The notes: generated from the letters alone by a model not told the origin. Counted from the first letter of the stretch, positions 1 to 12,864 are shown. The stretch is 64,000 bases of DNA from Mycobacteriales bacterium (GCA_038232055.1 JBBSIN010000003.1:6339-70338); one strand, 5' to 3'. A program made the numbers and translations.

Positions 1-348
1 CGACCGGGTGGCCAGCCGAACATGCAGCAGCTGATGAAGCAGGCGCAGCAGATGCAGCAGCAGCTCGTCGCCGCGCAGGAAGAGTTGGCAGGGGCGGAGG
101 TGCAGGGCACGGCGGGCGGCGGGCTCGTCACCGCCACCGTCGACGGGACCGGCGAGCTGCTGAGCCTCGTCATCGACCGCTCCGCCGTCGACCCGGACGA
201 CACCGAGACGTTGGCCGACCTCATCGTCGCCGCCGTACACGACGCCAACCGGGCCGCCAGCGAGCTGGCACAGCAGAAGATGGGTCCGCTCACCTCCGGA
301 CTCGGCGGTCTCGGCGGACCGGGCGGCCTCGGGCTGCCGGGGATGTAG
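1..348 (+). CDS. ybaB: YbaB/EbfC family nucleoid-associated protein (reading frame open to position 1, so the 5' end may lie outside the window)
   Basis: The frame reads [29 protein letters not shown], the typical YbaB N-terminus. recR follows, as in the conserved ybaB-recR pair. Confidence 0.85.
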   Translation, partial: RPGGQPNMQQLMKQAQQMQQQLVAAQEELAGAEVQGTAGGGLVTATVDGTGELLSLVIDRSAVDPDDTETLADLIVAAVHDANRAASELAQQKMGPLTSGLGGLGGPGGLGLPGM

Positions 349-351
349 CCG

Positions 352-948
352 GTGTACGAGGGCGCCGTCCAGGACCTCATCGACGAGCTGGGCCGGTTGC
401 CGGGGGTCGGGCCCAAGAGCGCGCAGCGGATCGCCTTTCACCTGCTCGCCGCCGACCTGGGCGACGTACGCCGGCTCGTCGACGCGCTCACCCAGGTCAA
501 GGAGAAGGTCCGCTTCTGTCGCATCTGCGGCAACGTCGCCGAGTCCGACGAGTGCCGGATCTGCCGCGACCCCCGCCGCGACCCCGCGCTGATCTGCGTC
601 GTCGAGGAGCCGAAGGACGTCGTCGCGATCGAGAAGACGCGCGAGTTCCGTGGCCGCTACCACGTCCTCGGCGGTGCGATCAGCCCGATCGAGGGTGTAG
701 GCCCGGATGACCTGCGCATTCGGGAGCTGCTCGGGCGACTCTCCGACGGCACCGTGACCGAGGTCATCCTCGCCACCGACCCCAACCTCGAGGGCGAGGC
801 GACCGCCACCTACCTGGGCCGGCTGCTCAACCCCCTCGGCGTGCGGGTCACCCGGCTGGCGAGCGGGCTGCCGGTCGGCGGTGACCTGGAGTACGCCGAC
901 GAGGTCACCCTCGGGCGAGCCTTCGAAGGCCGCCGGCTGCTCGCCTGA
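352..948 (+). CDS. recR: Recombination protein RecR
   Basis: [15 protein letters not shown] helix-hairpin-helix motif, CRICGNV..CRIC zinc finger, and a Toprim-like C-terminal half. Confidence 0.95.
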   Translation: MYEGAVQDLIDELGRLPGVGPKSAQRIAFHLLAADLGDVRRLVDALTQVKEKVRFCRICGNVAESDECRICRDPRRDPALICVVEEPKDVVAIEKTREFRGRYHVLGGAISPIEGVGPDDLRIRELLGRLSDGTVTEVILATDPNLEGEATATYLGRLLNPLGVRVTRLASGLPVGGDLEYADEVTLGRAFEGRRLLA

Positions 949-999
949 CCGCCGCGTCATAACGGAAGTGGCCGGGTGCGGCCCGTAGACTCAAAACCC

Positions 1000-3317
<2,318 letters not shown>

Positions 3318-3337
3318 CCGGCGCTTCGATCCCTCGG

Positions 3338-5149
3338 TCAGCTCGGCACGTTGCGACGGGCGAAGTCGAGCTCGGTGGCCATCTGGCGGATCCGCTCCTC
3401 GACGACCAGCGAGCTGTGGCCGGCGTCGAACCGGTAGACGTCGTACGGTTTACCGAGCTCGTCGAGCCGGCGGAGGTAGTTCTCGACCTGTCCGATCGGG
3501 CACCGCGGGTCGTTCTCGCCGGCCAGCACGAGCAGCGGAGCCCGCACCCGGTCGATGTAGGTGATCGGTGACGCGGCGGCGAAGCGCTCCGGCACCTCCT
3601 CGGGCGATCCACCGAAGAGCGCGCGGTCGATACTCCGCAGCCCCTCCATCTGCTCGGCGTACGCCGCCACGTAGTCGGCGACGGGCACCGCCGCCAGGCC
3701 GACGGACCACCCGTCGGGTTGCACGCCGAGACCGAGCAGCGTGAGATAGCCACCCCAGGAACCGCCGGCGAGCACCAGCCGCTGGGGATCGACGATGCCG
3801 TCGGCCACGAGCCGCTCCCGCACCGCCGTGACGTCCTCGAGCTCGGTGAGCCCCGGCCGGCCGTTGATCGCGTCCTGCCATGCCGAGCCGTAGCCGGTCG
3901 AGCCGCGGTAGTTGACCTGGACGACGGCATAACCGGCGTCGACCCAGGCCGCCCGGTCCGCCGCGAAGGAGTCGGTGTCGTGGTGCATCGGCCCGCCGTG
4001 GACGAGGAACACCGCGGCGTACGGCGGCTTCCCGTCCGGGCGGGCGAGCAGCGCGTGGACCCGGCCGCCGGGGCCGTCGGCCCAGATGTCGGCCACCGCC
4101 ACCGACGGCGGGGCGCCCGGCCCGGGCGGCGTCAGCAGCCGCTCGCCGCCGGCGACCCGGAGCTGAGGTGGTTCGGCCGCCGACGACCAGGCGAACTCGA
4201 CGGAGCCGTCCGGCCGGGCGGTCGCGTCGGCCACCATGCCCGCCGGGGTGTCCAACCGGTCCAGCGTGCGGGTGTCGATGTCGTACCGGTAGAGCGCGCT
4301 TCGCGCCTCGTGGTCGTGCCGGAGTAGGAGCGCCGTTCCGTCGGGGTACCAGTCAGCCTCGACCTCGCCGGGCAGGTCGGGGTCGACGCGGGTCTCGACG
4401 CCGGTGAGCGGCTCCCAGAGCAGGGGAAGGTTCCGGCCCTCGCGCTCGTGGACGACGAGCAGTCGCTGGTCGCCCGCGACCGGCGAGAAGTCGACGGCCG
4501 CCAGTCCCTTGCCCGGCCCGTCCCACAGGTCGGCGACCGGCTCGCCGTCCTCGACGCGGAAGACCCGCAGGGCCGGGTGCAGTGCGTCGCCGTGCTCGCT
4601 GTGAGAGATGGCCAGGAGCGACTCGTCCCGCGACAGCGCCGCCACCCCGGCGTGCTGGCGGGAGCTGTAGACGGTCTCGGGCTCACCGTTGCCGCGGCGC
4701 AGCGCGATCGCCGTACCGTCGTCGGTGGTTCGGCCGATCGCGGTCACGGCTCGGCCGAGCGCGAGTCCGGACGGGTACGACGCCGCCAGTCCGGGCACGG
4801 CCGTCTCATCCGGACGGTCGCCACCGAAGGGCTGGCGCATCCAGACGCCGAACTCGTCACCGTCGGTGTCGGCGAACCACCAGATGCCCTCGCCGCCCGG
4901 TTCGAGGGCGCCGGTCGAGGTGCCGTTCGGCCGGTCGGTGATCTGCCGATGCGTTCCGGTACGCCGGTCCCAGGCGTAGAGCTCGAACGTGCCGGTGGGG
5001 TTGCTCACGTAGAGGCAACGGTCGGGCGCGTCGCGCGCGTAGGCGGGCAGGGACATCCGGACGGCGCGAAAGCGTGCTGCCCAGTCGGGCGTCGTCGAGT
5101 CGGTCACCCGCCCATTCTGGCCGGCCGAGGACGAACATCCAACGTTCAT
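3338..5149 (-). CDS. S9 family serine peptidase (prolyl oligopeptidase / acylaminoacyl peptidase-like)
   Basis: Beta-propeller-like N-terminal half. The C-terminal alpha/beta hydrolase half has the GGSWGGYL nucleophile motif. Start taken at the internal ATG (MNVGC); GTG at 5107 is an alternative. Confidence 0.8.
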   Translation of the reverse strand: MNVGCSSSAGQNGRVTDSTTPDWAARFRAVRMSLPAYARDAPDRCLYVSNPTGTFELYAWDRRTGTHRQITDRPNGTSTGALEPGGEGIWWFADTDGDEFGVWMRQPFGGDRPDETAVPGLAASYPSGLALGRAVTAIGRTTDDGTAIALRRGNGEPETVYSSRQHAGVAALSRDESLLAISHSEHGDALHPALRVFRVEDGEPVADLWDGPGKGLAAVDFSPVAGDQRLLVVHEREGRNLPLLWEPLTGVETRVDPDLPGEVEADWYPDGTALLLRHDHEARSALYRYDIDTRTLDRLDTPAGMVADATARPDGSVEFAWSSAAEPPQLRVAGGERLLTPPGPGAPPSVAVADIWADGPGGRVHALLARPDGKPPYAAVFLVHGGPMHHDTDSFAADRAAWVDAGYAVVQVNYRGSTGYGSAWQDAINGRPGLTELEDVTAVRERLVADGIVDPQRLVLAGGSWGGYLTLLGLGVQPDGWSVGLAAVPVADYVAAYAEQMEGLRSIDRALFGGSPEEVPERFAAASPITYIDRVRAPLLVLAGENDPRCPIGQVENYLRRLDELGKPYDVYRFDAGHSSLVVEERIRQMATELDFARRNVPS

Positions 5150-5256
5150 GGCGGGTTCAGTGATCGTTACTCGCCTGTGGAGTGCGCCGCCATGTTGCCG
5201 GGCGACACTTGGTGCATGAGAACTGGACGCATGAGAAGGGAGGAACACCCACGTTG

Positions 5257-5412
5257 ATGCAGATCATCATCTCCGTCGCAGTCGCCTGGGGCTTGACGAG
5301 CATCGCCGCCGCCTTCGCGCTCGGCCCCTTTCTGGCGTCATGTGAACGCCGGGGCGAATTCGCGAAGCGCCCCGCCGCCGTCCGCGTAGCGGCGCGGCAG
5401 CTGATCGGCTGA
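5257..5412 (+). CDS. Small hydrophobic protein (51 aa), hypothetical
   Basis: Strong SD GAAGGGAGGAA at 5235-5245 lies upstream of ATG 5257. The product MQIIISVAVAWGLTSIAAAFALGPFLA has one predicted TM helix. Confidence 0.4.
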   Translation: MQIIISVAVAWGLTSIAAAFALGPFLASCERRGEFAKRPAAVRVAARQLIG

Positions 5413-5439
5413 AGGGCGCCGGTCAGCGATCGGAGAATG

Positions 5440-6168
5440 TCACCGACGGGCTGTCATCGGTCGGTCGAGCGACTTCCGCAGGGCGGCCGGATCGTCCGTG
5501 ATGACGGCGGTCACGCCGAGGATGTGCAGGAGACGGGCGTCCACGTGGCGGTTCACCGTCCAACAACGCAGTCCGAGCCCCTTCTGCCGCGCCCGATCGG
5601 CCACCCGGTGGTCGGCGAGAACCGCCCGGACGTGGGCGTGCAGCTCGTGGTGGCCGCGGTCGATCACCCGGTGCAGACCCACGAACGCTGGAACCTGCGG
5701 GCCGGTGACCAGACCCCGACGGACTCGCGGGTCCAACTGCCGGACGCTGTCCAGGACCGTCTCCGAGAACGAGGAGACGACGACCTCGCCGCACACGCCG
5801 ACTCGGGACAGCACACGCAAGGCCGCCGAGGCGATCCGCGCCGACTGCGGGTCATCCTTGAGCTCCGCGACGAGCAGGGCCCTACCGCGGACCAGCCGGG
5901 TCACGTCCTCGAGCCGGGGAACGCTGTGGCCGCCGGGTAGACGTACGCGCTGCAGCTCGTCGTAGGTCATCCGCCCGACGAGCAACGGCAGACCGGCGAC
6001 CCGGTGCAAGTCAAAATCGTGCAGGCAGACAGGCACGCCGTCGCTGGTGAGTCGCACGTCGACCTCGATGCCGTCTGCACCTGCCGCGATCGCGTCCTCC
6101 GCAGCGGTCATAGTGTTTTCCGGCGCCCCGTCGGGCCGGATCTGACCCCGATGTCCCAGGAGTTCCAC
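5440..6168 (-). CDS. Glycerophosphodiester phosphodiesterase (GDPD family)
   Basis: HRG..PENT motif (LLGHRGQIRPDGAPENT) and GADGIEVDVRLTSDGVPVCLHD, typical of GlpQ/UgpQ. Confidence 0.85.
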   Translation of the reverse strand: MELLGHRGQIRPDGAPENTMTAAEDAIAAGADGIEVDVRLTSDGVPVCLHDFDLHRVAGLPLLVGRMTYDELQRVRLPGGHSVPRLEDVTRLVRGRALLVAELKDDPQSARIASAALRVLSRVGVCGEVVVSSFSETVLDSVRQLDPRVRRGLVTGPQVPAFVGLHRVIDRGHHELHAHVRAVLADHRVADRARQKGLGLRCWTVNRHVDARLLHILGVTAVITDDPAALRKSLDRPMTARR

Positions 6169-6430
6169 GACATCAGCCTGACGGGCTCAAACGACGGTCC
6201 CGGTACGCCGGGATGACCGTCACATGACGAGTAGTCGACGCCTCGCAGCTCAGTAGTACCTTGCCATGCTGGAAAGACATGACCTCCGAGGCGGCACTGT
6301 CCAGCACGTCGGCCTGCTCGCGCAAGCCGGCTACGTCGACGTACGCAAGGACCGCCTCGGACGGCGGCCGCGGACGTGCGCACGTCGATCAATGCCTGAG
6401 CCAGGCGCCGGAGCGCGCCCCGTCGTGTCG

Positions 6431-7100
6431 ATGAGGGTCGCCGTGGCCGGCGCCGAGCGCCTTGCCGTCGCCGGTTGCGGCGGCTCGCCGTCCGCACCCT
6501 CGGCTCGACCTCGTCCAGTCGGGTCGAGCACGACCGCAGTGCCGACACTGGCCGCCGCCCAGTTCGGGTCCGGTCCGGCCGCCGTCGTGCTGGCGAACAT
6601 GAACCCCGGCTCGACCTGTGACTGGCTGCCGTTCGCGCGACACCTCGCGTCGTGGGGTTTCTCCGTCCTGTGCTTCGACAGTCCGGGTGGTGTCGACGGC
6701 GATGCGCTGGCCGCCGCGGTCGACCTCCTCCGTCGACGCGGAGCCGTGCATGTCTCCCTCGTGGGTGCCTCACACGGGGCCAAGGCGTCGATCCTCGCCG
6801 CGGCCAACCCGCACGTGCAGGTGAACGCCGTCGTCACGCTGACCGCGGAGTCTCGGCTCGCCGGTGTCCCGGTGGCCCGTTCGCCGCGAAGCTGCGCCAT
6901 CCGTTCCTCGTCGTTGCCGCCGTTCAGGACGCCTTCGGCGCCGGCACGGCCGCCCGGGATCTGTACGCCGCCGCGCCCACCAGCACCAAGCGCCTGCTGC
7001 TACTGACCGGCAACGCGCACGGCCTGCTGCGCGTCCGACTAGCGACACCGTCGAGGCGGCGGAGCGCACCTTCCTACGAAGGCACGGCCGGCTTGGCTGA
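6431..7100 (+). pseudogene. Alpha/beta hydrolase, apparently disrupted by two frameshifts
   Basis: GASHGA nucleophile elbow in frame 2. The homologous sequence continues in frame 1 (AAKLRHPFLVVAAVQDAFGAG..LLLLTGNAHGLL). It ends in a third frame (SDTVEAAERTFLRRHGRLG*) at 7100. Confidence 0.55.
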
Positions 7101-7104
7101 GGAG

Positions 7105-8312
7105 ACGCGCGTCGCGTCGGCGCCGGGCTGCAACGCCGTGAAGATCCGCGACGACCTCGCGGCCCTGTGCAGCGACGCGCTCGAACCGCCGGTCCGGGCG
7201 GACATCGAGATCGAGGACTTCGAGGGTGCTCAGGTCGTTGTGGGGACGGTTCCGGAGATGGACGTCGCGGCCAAGCCATGCTTCGTCAAGACGCGTGGCA
7301 TGGCCGGCGGCTCGTACACGCGCGGCGGCGACGGCGACCGACTCCTCACCGACTACGAGATCTTTCTTCTCCACAGCAATCGCGGCCAGCCGCTCGACGA
7401 TCACTCCATAATCGAGGATGCTCAGATCGGCGATCTGAACCAGGATGCCATTGGGCGGCTCCTGCGTCGGGTCAGGGAGCGTGAGCCGCAGGCGTTCGAC
7501 GGAGTGAGCGATGAGACGGCGCTCGTACGCCTCGGCGTCTTGCGCGCAACGCCTGACGGCCCCCGAGTCACTCTGGCCGGACTGATCACCCTCAGCCAGT
7601 TTACGCAGCAGCACTTCCCCCAACTCTGCGTGACATTTGTGGCCGTGCCGGCAACAAGGAAGGACGAAATACCAGAGGGCGCACCGCGCTTCACGGACAA
7701 CGCGACGATCCGCGGCCCCGTGCCGCAGATGGTCGAGGAGACCGTTCGGGTCATCCTCCGCAACACGCGGAGAGCCGGCCACGTGCGCGGCCTGGGACGT
7801 GAGGACGTAGGGGACTACCCCGTCGAAGCGCTGCGCGAAGCCGTGACAAACGCGCTAGCGCACCGGGACTACAGTCCGCTCGCAAGAGGCACTCAGGTTC
7901 AGGTGGAGTTGTACGTCGACCGGCTCGTCGTACGAAGCCCTGGCGGCCTCTTCGGGACGTCACACCCGACGACCTCGGAAAGGAAGGCGTCTCCTCCTCG
8001 CGCAACGGCTATCTCATCCCGCTTCTTGGTGACGTGTACCTACCCGGCACCGACCAGGTCGTTGCGGATAACCGAGGCAGCGGCATCCCGGACATGCTTG
8101 CGCGTCTACGGCGGGCGATCCTCACGCTTCCGAGCTTCGATAGCCGACTGACCCGCTTCACTGTGACGTTTCCTACGGCGGCGCGCCTGGCGGAGCTATC
8201 CGGCCTTGGCCTAGCCATGACCAACCGTTACGTCGCGCGACTTGTCTCAGCTGGACGGCCTCAGGCGACCGCACCTCCACGCAGCCCAAACCGGACTTGC
8301 CGGCTGCCCTAA
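7105..8312 (+). pseudogene. AlbA_2 / HATPase_c_4 (RecG-C-terminal-like, Schlafen-type) ATP-binding protein, N-terminally truncated and frameshifted
   Basis: REAVTNALAHRDYS and LVVRSPGGLFG motifs. After about 7957 the conserved continuation (DVTPDDLGKEGVSSSRNGYLIPLL..NRGSGIPDML..) lies in another frame, ending at 8312. There is no N-terminal AlbA_2 start and no start codon. Confidence 0.6.
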
Positions 8313-8461
8313 CCGAGCACCGCAGACCGGCCCGGCGGCGGGTTAGCCGCTCCGGAACTGGCGGACCGCGTGGTCGTGCCGGTGATCTGGCAGCGACGTC
8401 TCCGCGGAGTGGGTGACCCACTGCCGCGTACGGGCCATCAGGCTTGTCACCTGCGCTCTTG

Positions 8462-8538
<77 letters not shown>

Positions 8539-8554
8539 CCTACGCCGCCGAAGT

Positions 8555-9460
8555 CTACCCGGCGCCCGGAACCGGCAGCAGCGTGAGCAGCGAGGCCTCC
8601 GGTGGGCACGCGAAGCGCACCGGAGCGTACGGCGAGGTCCCGAGCCCGGCCGAGACGTGCAGGTAGGCCTTGCCCCAGCGGGAGAGCCCGCGGGCGCGCC
8701 CAGTGTCCAGACCGCAGTTCGTCACGAGCGCGCCGTAGCCGGGCACCCGCAGCTGTCCCCCGTGGGTGTGCCCGGCCAGAATCAGCCGGAAGCCGTCGGC
8801 GGCGAACCGGTCGAGCACCCGCGGCTCGGGAGAGTGCGTGAGCCCCAGGGACAGGTCCGCGGCCGGGTCTGCTGAGCCAGCGACGAGCTCGTAACGGTCG
8901 CGGTCGAGGTGTGGGTCGTCGACTCCCGCGACTTCTACGTCGAGCCCAGCCACCTTCACCCGCAATCGGGCGTGCGTCGCGTCCGCCCAGCCGGCTGCCG
9001 CCATCCCGTCGCGCAAGTCTCGCCAGGGCAGGGCCGCACCTTGGTAGCGCTTTCCGTTGTCGGGCAGCAGGTACCTGGCGGGGTTCTTCGGGCGTGGCGC
9101 GAAGTAGTCGTTCGAGCCCCACACATAGACGCCGGGGAAGGCGAACAGGGGCTCTAGTGCCCGCAGCATCGCCGGTACGGCGTCGCAGTGGGCGAGGCTG
9201 TCGCCGGTGTTGACGACCAGGTCGGGGCACAGCCGCGCGAGCCGGCGGATCCACTCCCGCTTGCGGCGCTGCCACGGCACCAGGTGGGCGTCGGAGATCT
9301 GGAGGACCCGGACGGCGTCGGCGCCGGCGGGAAGGACCGGCACGGCGTACCGGCGGAGCCGGAAGGACCGCAGCTCGACGGCGGCGCCGTACCCGACGCC
9401 GACAGCTGCCGTCGCGGCGACGCCCAGCGGTACGGCGGAACGGGCTCTCACTCGGTCCAT
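8555..9460 (-). CDS. Metallophosphoesterase (calcineurin-like)
   Basis: VLQISDAHL, NTGDSL and GHTHGGQ metal-binding motifs. An N-terminal TM helix follows the internal start MDRVRA. Confidence 0.85.
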   Translation of the reverse strand: MDRVRARSAVPLGVAATAAVGVGYGAAVELRSFRLRRYAVPVLPAGADAVRVLQISDAHLVPWQRRKREWIRRLARLCPDLVVNTGDSLAHCDAVPAMLRALEPLFAFPGVYVWGSNDYFAPRPKNPARYLLPDNGKRYQGAALPWRDLRDGMAAAGWADATHARLRVKVAGLDVEVAGVDDPHLDRDRYELVAGSADPAADLSLGLTHSPEPRVLDRFAADGFRLILAGHTHGGQLRVPGYGALVTNCGLDTGRARGLSRWGKAYLHVSAGLGTSPYAPVRFACPPEASLLTLLPVPGAG

Positions 9461-9496
9461 CGTCGCAGACGGCGGGACGCACCTACCCTGACCGCC

Positions 9497-9952
9497 ATGG
9501 GCCTCAAGCAGCGTCTCCACGACGACCTGACCGCCGCGATCAAGTCCCGGGACGCGCTGCGCACGGCGACGTTGCGGATGGCGCTAACCGCCGTGACGAA
9601 CGAGGAGGTGGCCGGCAAGGCGGCCCGGGACCTGACCGACGACGAGGTGCTGCGAGTGCTCGCCCGCGAGGCGAAGAAGCGGCGGGAGGCCGCGGACGCG
9701 TTCACCGCGGCCGGTCGCCCGGAACTGGCGGAGCGCGAACGCGCCGAGGGCACTGTCCTCGCCGACTACCTGCCGGCCCAGCTGCCCGACGACGACCTGA
9801 GCGCGATCGTCACGGCTGCCATCGACGAGAGCGGCGCCACGGACATCCGGTCGATGGGCGCGGTGATGAAGCTGGTCACGGCCAAGGTCGCCGGACGGGC
9901 GGAGGGCGGTCGGGTCGCCGCCGAGGTTCGCCGTCAGCTGCCCGACCGCTGA
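9497..9952 (+). CDS. GatB/YqeY domain protein
   Basis: MGLKQRLHDDLTAAIKSRD..LRMALTAVTNEEV..REAKKRREAADAF is a typical YqeY sequence. Confidence 0.85.
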   Translation: MGLKQRLHDDLTAAIKSRDALRTATLRMALTAVTNEEVAGKAARDLTDDEVLRVLAREAKKRREAADAFTAAGRPELAERERAEGTVLADYLPAQLPDDDLSAIVTAAIDESGATDIRSMGAVMKLVTAKVAGRAEGGRVAAEVRRQLPDR

Positions 9953-9982
9953 CGAGCGCTGACAGCCGCTGATCGCCCGGAT

Positions 9983-11443
9983 TCAGGCGCTCATCCCGAG
10001 CGGGTAGCCGTACCACCGCATGGTGTCCTTGCCGGTTGTCTTCGCCTCGTACATGGCGCTGTCCGCCCGCCGGAGGAGCTCGCCGGCCGCAGGCACGCCG
10101 CCGTCCTGCTGCGACCAGTCGTCGATGAGGGCGATGCCGACGCTCGCCCCGAGGCGCAGCTGACCGACGCTGCTCTCGATCGGACGCCGGGCGGCGGAGA
10201 CGAGCCGCATTCCTATCTCGCCGGCCCGGACGGCGAGGTCTTGCCCCTCGGCGACGACGACGAACTCGTCGCCACCCAGGCGAGCCACGGTGTCCGTGCC
10301 GCGTACGCAGGCGGCGAGCCGCCGACCGACCTCCACCAACACCTCGTCGCCCAACGCGTGTCCGTACCGGTCGTTGACCTCCTTGAACCCGTCGAGATCC
10401 ACGAGCAGCACAGCGACGGCGGAGCCGGATCGGCACGCCCGGCCCATCGCCAGCCGGAGCCGATCCTCGAAGAGCTGCCGGTTCGGCAAGCCGGTGAGCA
10501 GGTCGGTGCTGGCCTGACGCCGAAGCTCCGCTTCTAGGCGCTTGCGCTCGCTGATGTCGGCCGCCACGGTCAGGTAACCCTCCGAGCGGTCGCCGGCGTC
10601 CTGCAACAGCGCACAGGCGACATCGAGCGCGATCTGGGCACCGTCGCGGCGCGTGACCGACGTCTCATACCGGCGTACCTGCTCACTGGCCGACGGCAGC
10701 GGGGTGCCGTCCGGCTCGAGCCCTGGCACGTTCGAGCCGAGGACCTCGTCCCGCCGCCAGCCGAGGATCGACTCGGCCGCCGCATTCCACACCCGCACCC
10801 GCCCCGCCAGATCCGTCTCGTAGATCGCCACCGGCGCCGAGTCGACAATCGCGGAGACCCGGGCGAGCAGCGCCGCGGACTCGGCGTGCACGCGCGCGTT
10901 GTCCACGGCGAACGCCGCCTGGGCGGCGAAGAGCTCCAGCACCTGCCGGCTCTGCGCGTCCGGACGTCGGCCGTCGGACGGGAGGTCGACGCTGAGTACG
11001 CCGAGCAGCCGGCCGCTGCGGCCGTACATCGGCGCGAACAGCGCGTCGAGCGGGTGCCAGGCATCGTCGCAATCCGCGGCCGGAGCGTCTGGCACCCACG
11101 ACGGCACGACGTCGGGCAAGGACCCCGTCTCGTGGTCGACGAAGACGAGGTCGCCCCAACGCTCGCCCGAGGAGAGCATCTGGTCCCACTCCGCTCGGGC
11201 GCCTTGCTGTCCGAGCAACGCCTGCCGGACCTCCTCGCCGCCGGCGACCGCCGCGACCTCCAGGTCGCCGTCGGCGCGCACCAGGTTGATGACCGCCACC
11301 GAGAAACCCACGGCTGTCACCACGCCGTCCACGACGGCCTGCAGGGTCACATCGAGGTCGAGGTCGGCGTTGATGCGTGCGACCACCTGGTGCAATGTGC
11401 GCAGCGCAGCGGGTGGTGCGTCACCGCGCTCGTACGTACTCAT
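9983..11443 (-). CDS. GAF-PAS-GGDEF diguanylate cyclase
   Basis: LTGLPNRQLF and ARLGGDEF active-site motifs. An RGTD (RxxD) I-site lies 5 residues upstream of GGDEF. The PAS region is DSAPVAIYETDLAGRVRVWNAAAESILGW, and the N-terminus is GAF-like. Confidence 0.9.
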   Translation of the reverse strand: MSTYERGDAPPAALRTLHQVVARINADLDLDVTLQAVVDGVVTAVGFSVAVINLVRADGDLEVAAVAGGEEVRQALLGQQGARAEWDQMLSSGERWGDLVFVDHETGSLPDVVPSWVPDAPAADCDDAWHPLDALFAPMYGRSGRLLGVLSVDLPSDGRRPDAQSRQVLELFAAQAAFAVDNARVHAESAALLARVSAIVDSAPVAIYETDLAGRVRVWNAAAESILGWRRDEVLGSNVPGLEPDGTPLPSASEQVRRYETSVTRRDGAQIALDVACALLQDAGDRSEGYLTVAADISERKRLEAELRRQASTDLLTGLPNRQLFEDRLRLAMGRACRSGSAVAVLLVDLDGFKEVNDRYGHALGDEVLVEVGRRLAACVRGTDTVARLGGDEFVVVAEGQDLAVRAGEIGMRLVSAARRPIESSVGQLRLGASVGIALIDDWSQQDGGVPAAGELLRRADSAMYEAKTTGKDTMRWYGYPLGMSA

Positions 11444-11749
11444 CCAAGCCGTCCTTCCTCGTGCCTCGCCTGCCTACTTTTCGGTCACCGTGACCCGTAC
11501 GTTGAGCTGGATCGGCCCTGACTTGCGCTTGACGCACGTAACGGAACCCTTGGTCGATCTCCTTCGCTGCCCCCGTGGCGGGCGCCCGACCGCCATCTGC
11601 ACTAGTCCCAGCACGCGAGCCGTATGGCCGAAGCGAGCTATTCCGATGCGTGCAACTGCCATGGTCTGATGGCGGAGATGCCTTGGGTGGACAGGCCCTT
11701 CCGTCGGTCTGAAGGTCTGAAGCTGAGCCGGGCCGGGAAGGACACCGCC

Positions 11750-11938
11750 GTGACTCTGGCCGACGACGCTGGCGAGTATTTCGACGAGCAGGCCGCGCTC
11801 GACGAGATCGACCTCTACGCCGACCTCGTCATCGCTGCCGAGTCGAGCGATCGGCCACTAACCGGCGAGGAGATCGACGCTGCGCTCGGCGTCAACCAGG
11901 GCGGCGCGCCGGAGGGCCAGGGACCCGAGCCGGAGTGA
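11750..11938 (+). CDS. Small acidic hypothetical protein
   Basis: GGGAAGGA SD lies 8 nt before GTG 11750 (VTLADDAGEYFDEQAALDEIDLYADLVIAAE..). The ORF opens at 11624, so the start is uncertain. Confidence 0.35.
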   Translation: MTLADDAGEYFDEQAALDEIDLYADLVIAAESSDRPLTGEEIDAALGVNQGGAPEGQGPEPE

Positions 11939-11965
11939 CCGGCCGCGATACGCCGAACCTTCGGG

Positions 11966-12370
11966 TCATCCGGGAGTGACGCCAGCCAGTCGCAGAACCG
12001 CGGTGAGGCCCTCCGAAGTGCCCGGCCAGTGGCGCCGCAGTGTGTCCGCGCCGGCTCGTCGGGCGACGGAGCGCAAGGCGAGGGCGACGACGATGGCGTC
12101 GTCGGCGTAGCCGAGCACCGGGATGAAGTCGGGCACCAGGTCGATGGGGAACGCTAGATAGCCGAGCAGTAGCCACAGCCGTAGCCGCACGCCGCGAGAG
12201 AGGCTCTTGTCGGTCGCCAGGCGCCGCAGGAGGCGCAGCACGTCTGGAAGCAGGCGCACGGCCTCTCGAAGAGAACTCCGCGCGGGAGTCGCCCGCCAGA
12301 GCACGACAAGCAGTAGAAGCCAGCACACGAGTACGCCGGCTGCCAACCCGAGAAGGAGGTGCCACCACAT
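11966..12370 (-). CDS. DUF1232 (YkvA-like) membrane protein
   Basis: The FPIDLVPDFIPVLGYADDAIVVALAL signature is typical of DUF1232. Confidence 0.75.
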   Translation of the reverse strand: MWWHLLLGLAAGVLVCWLLLLVVLWRATPARSSLREAVRLLPDVLRLLRRLATDKSLSRGVRLRLWLLLGYLAFPIDLVPDFIPVLGYADDAIVVALALRSVARRAGADTLRRHWPGTSEGLTAVLRLAGVTPG

Positions 12371-12430
12371 GATCGGCCTCCGAGGGTGGAACGAACCTCT
12401 CGACCTTCGCCGGCAAGCGATGAACCGGCC

Positions 12431-12787
12431 TTACGGAGTCGACAGCAGGGTGCGCAGGTCGTCGAAGCGCTCCGCGACCAGGCCATAGTAGGCCCACGGG
12501 CCGCGGCGCTTCCGGGTCAGCAGGCCGGCGTCAACGAGCACCTTCAGGTGGTGCGACACCGTCGGCTGGGTGAGTCCTAGGGGCTCGGTGAGCTCGCAGA
12601 CGCAAGCCTCACGCGCCTGCGTTCCGGCCACCAAGCTCAGCAGTTGCAACCGGGTCGGGTCGGCGACTGCCTTCAGCAGGCGGGCAAGGCCCTCGGCGGT
12701 GGCCCGGTCCAGCGGGGCCGCCGAGATGGGGGTGCAGCACACCGGTTGGACGTCGACCACCGCGAGACCCTGCGTCACGGTTGTCAT
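12431..12787 (-). CDS. arsR: ArsR/SmtB family metalloregulator
   Basis: LKAVADPTRLQLL..ACVCEL..LTQPTVSHHLKVL winged-HTH with the CVC metal/metalloid site. It is divergent from the arsI/MIP/arsC operon. Confidence 0.85.
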   Translation of the reverse strand: MTTVTQGLAVVDVQPVCCTPISAAPLDRATAEGLARLLKAVADPTRLQLLSLVAGTQAREACVCELTEPLGLTQPTVSHHLKVLVDAGLLTRKRRGPWAYYGLVAERFDDLRTLLSTP

Positions 12788-12808
12788 GCCGCGAGGATAA
12801 CCCTCGGA

Positions 12809-12864
12809 TTGACAAAGGTCTATGCAACGGTAATTCTACATAGACCGCCGTCTATCAAAGACGG
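12809..12864. promoter_or_regulatory. Divergent promoter with two inverted repeats (putative ArsR operator)
   Basis: TTGACA (12809-12814), 16 nt, then TAATTC (12831-12836). IR1 is GGTCTATG (12817-24) / CATAGACC (12839-46) and overlaps the -10. IR2 is CCGTCT (12848-53) / AGACGG (12859-64). The patch is locally AT-rich in a GC-rich genome. Confidence 0.45.
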
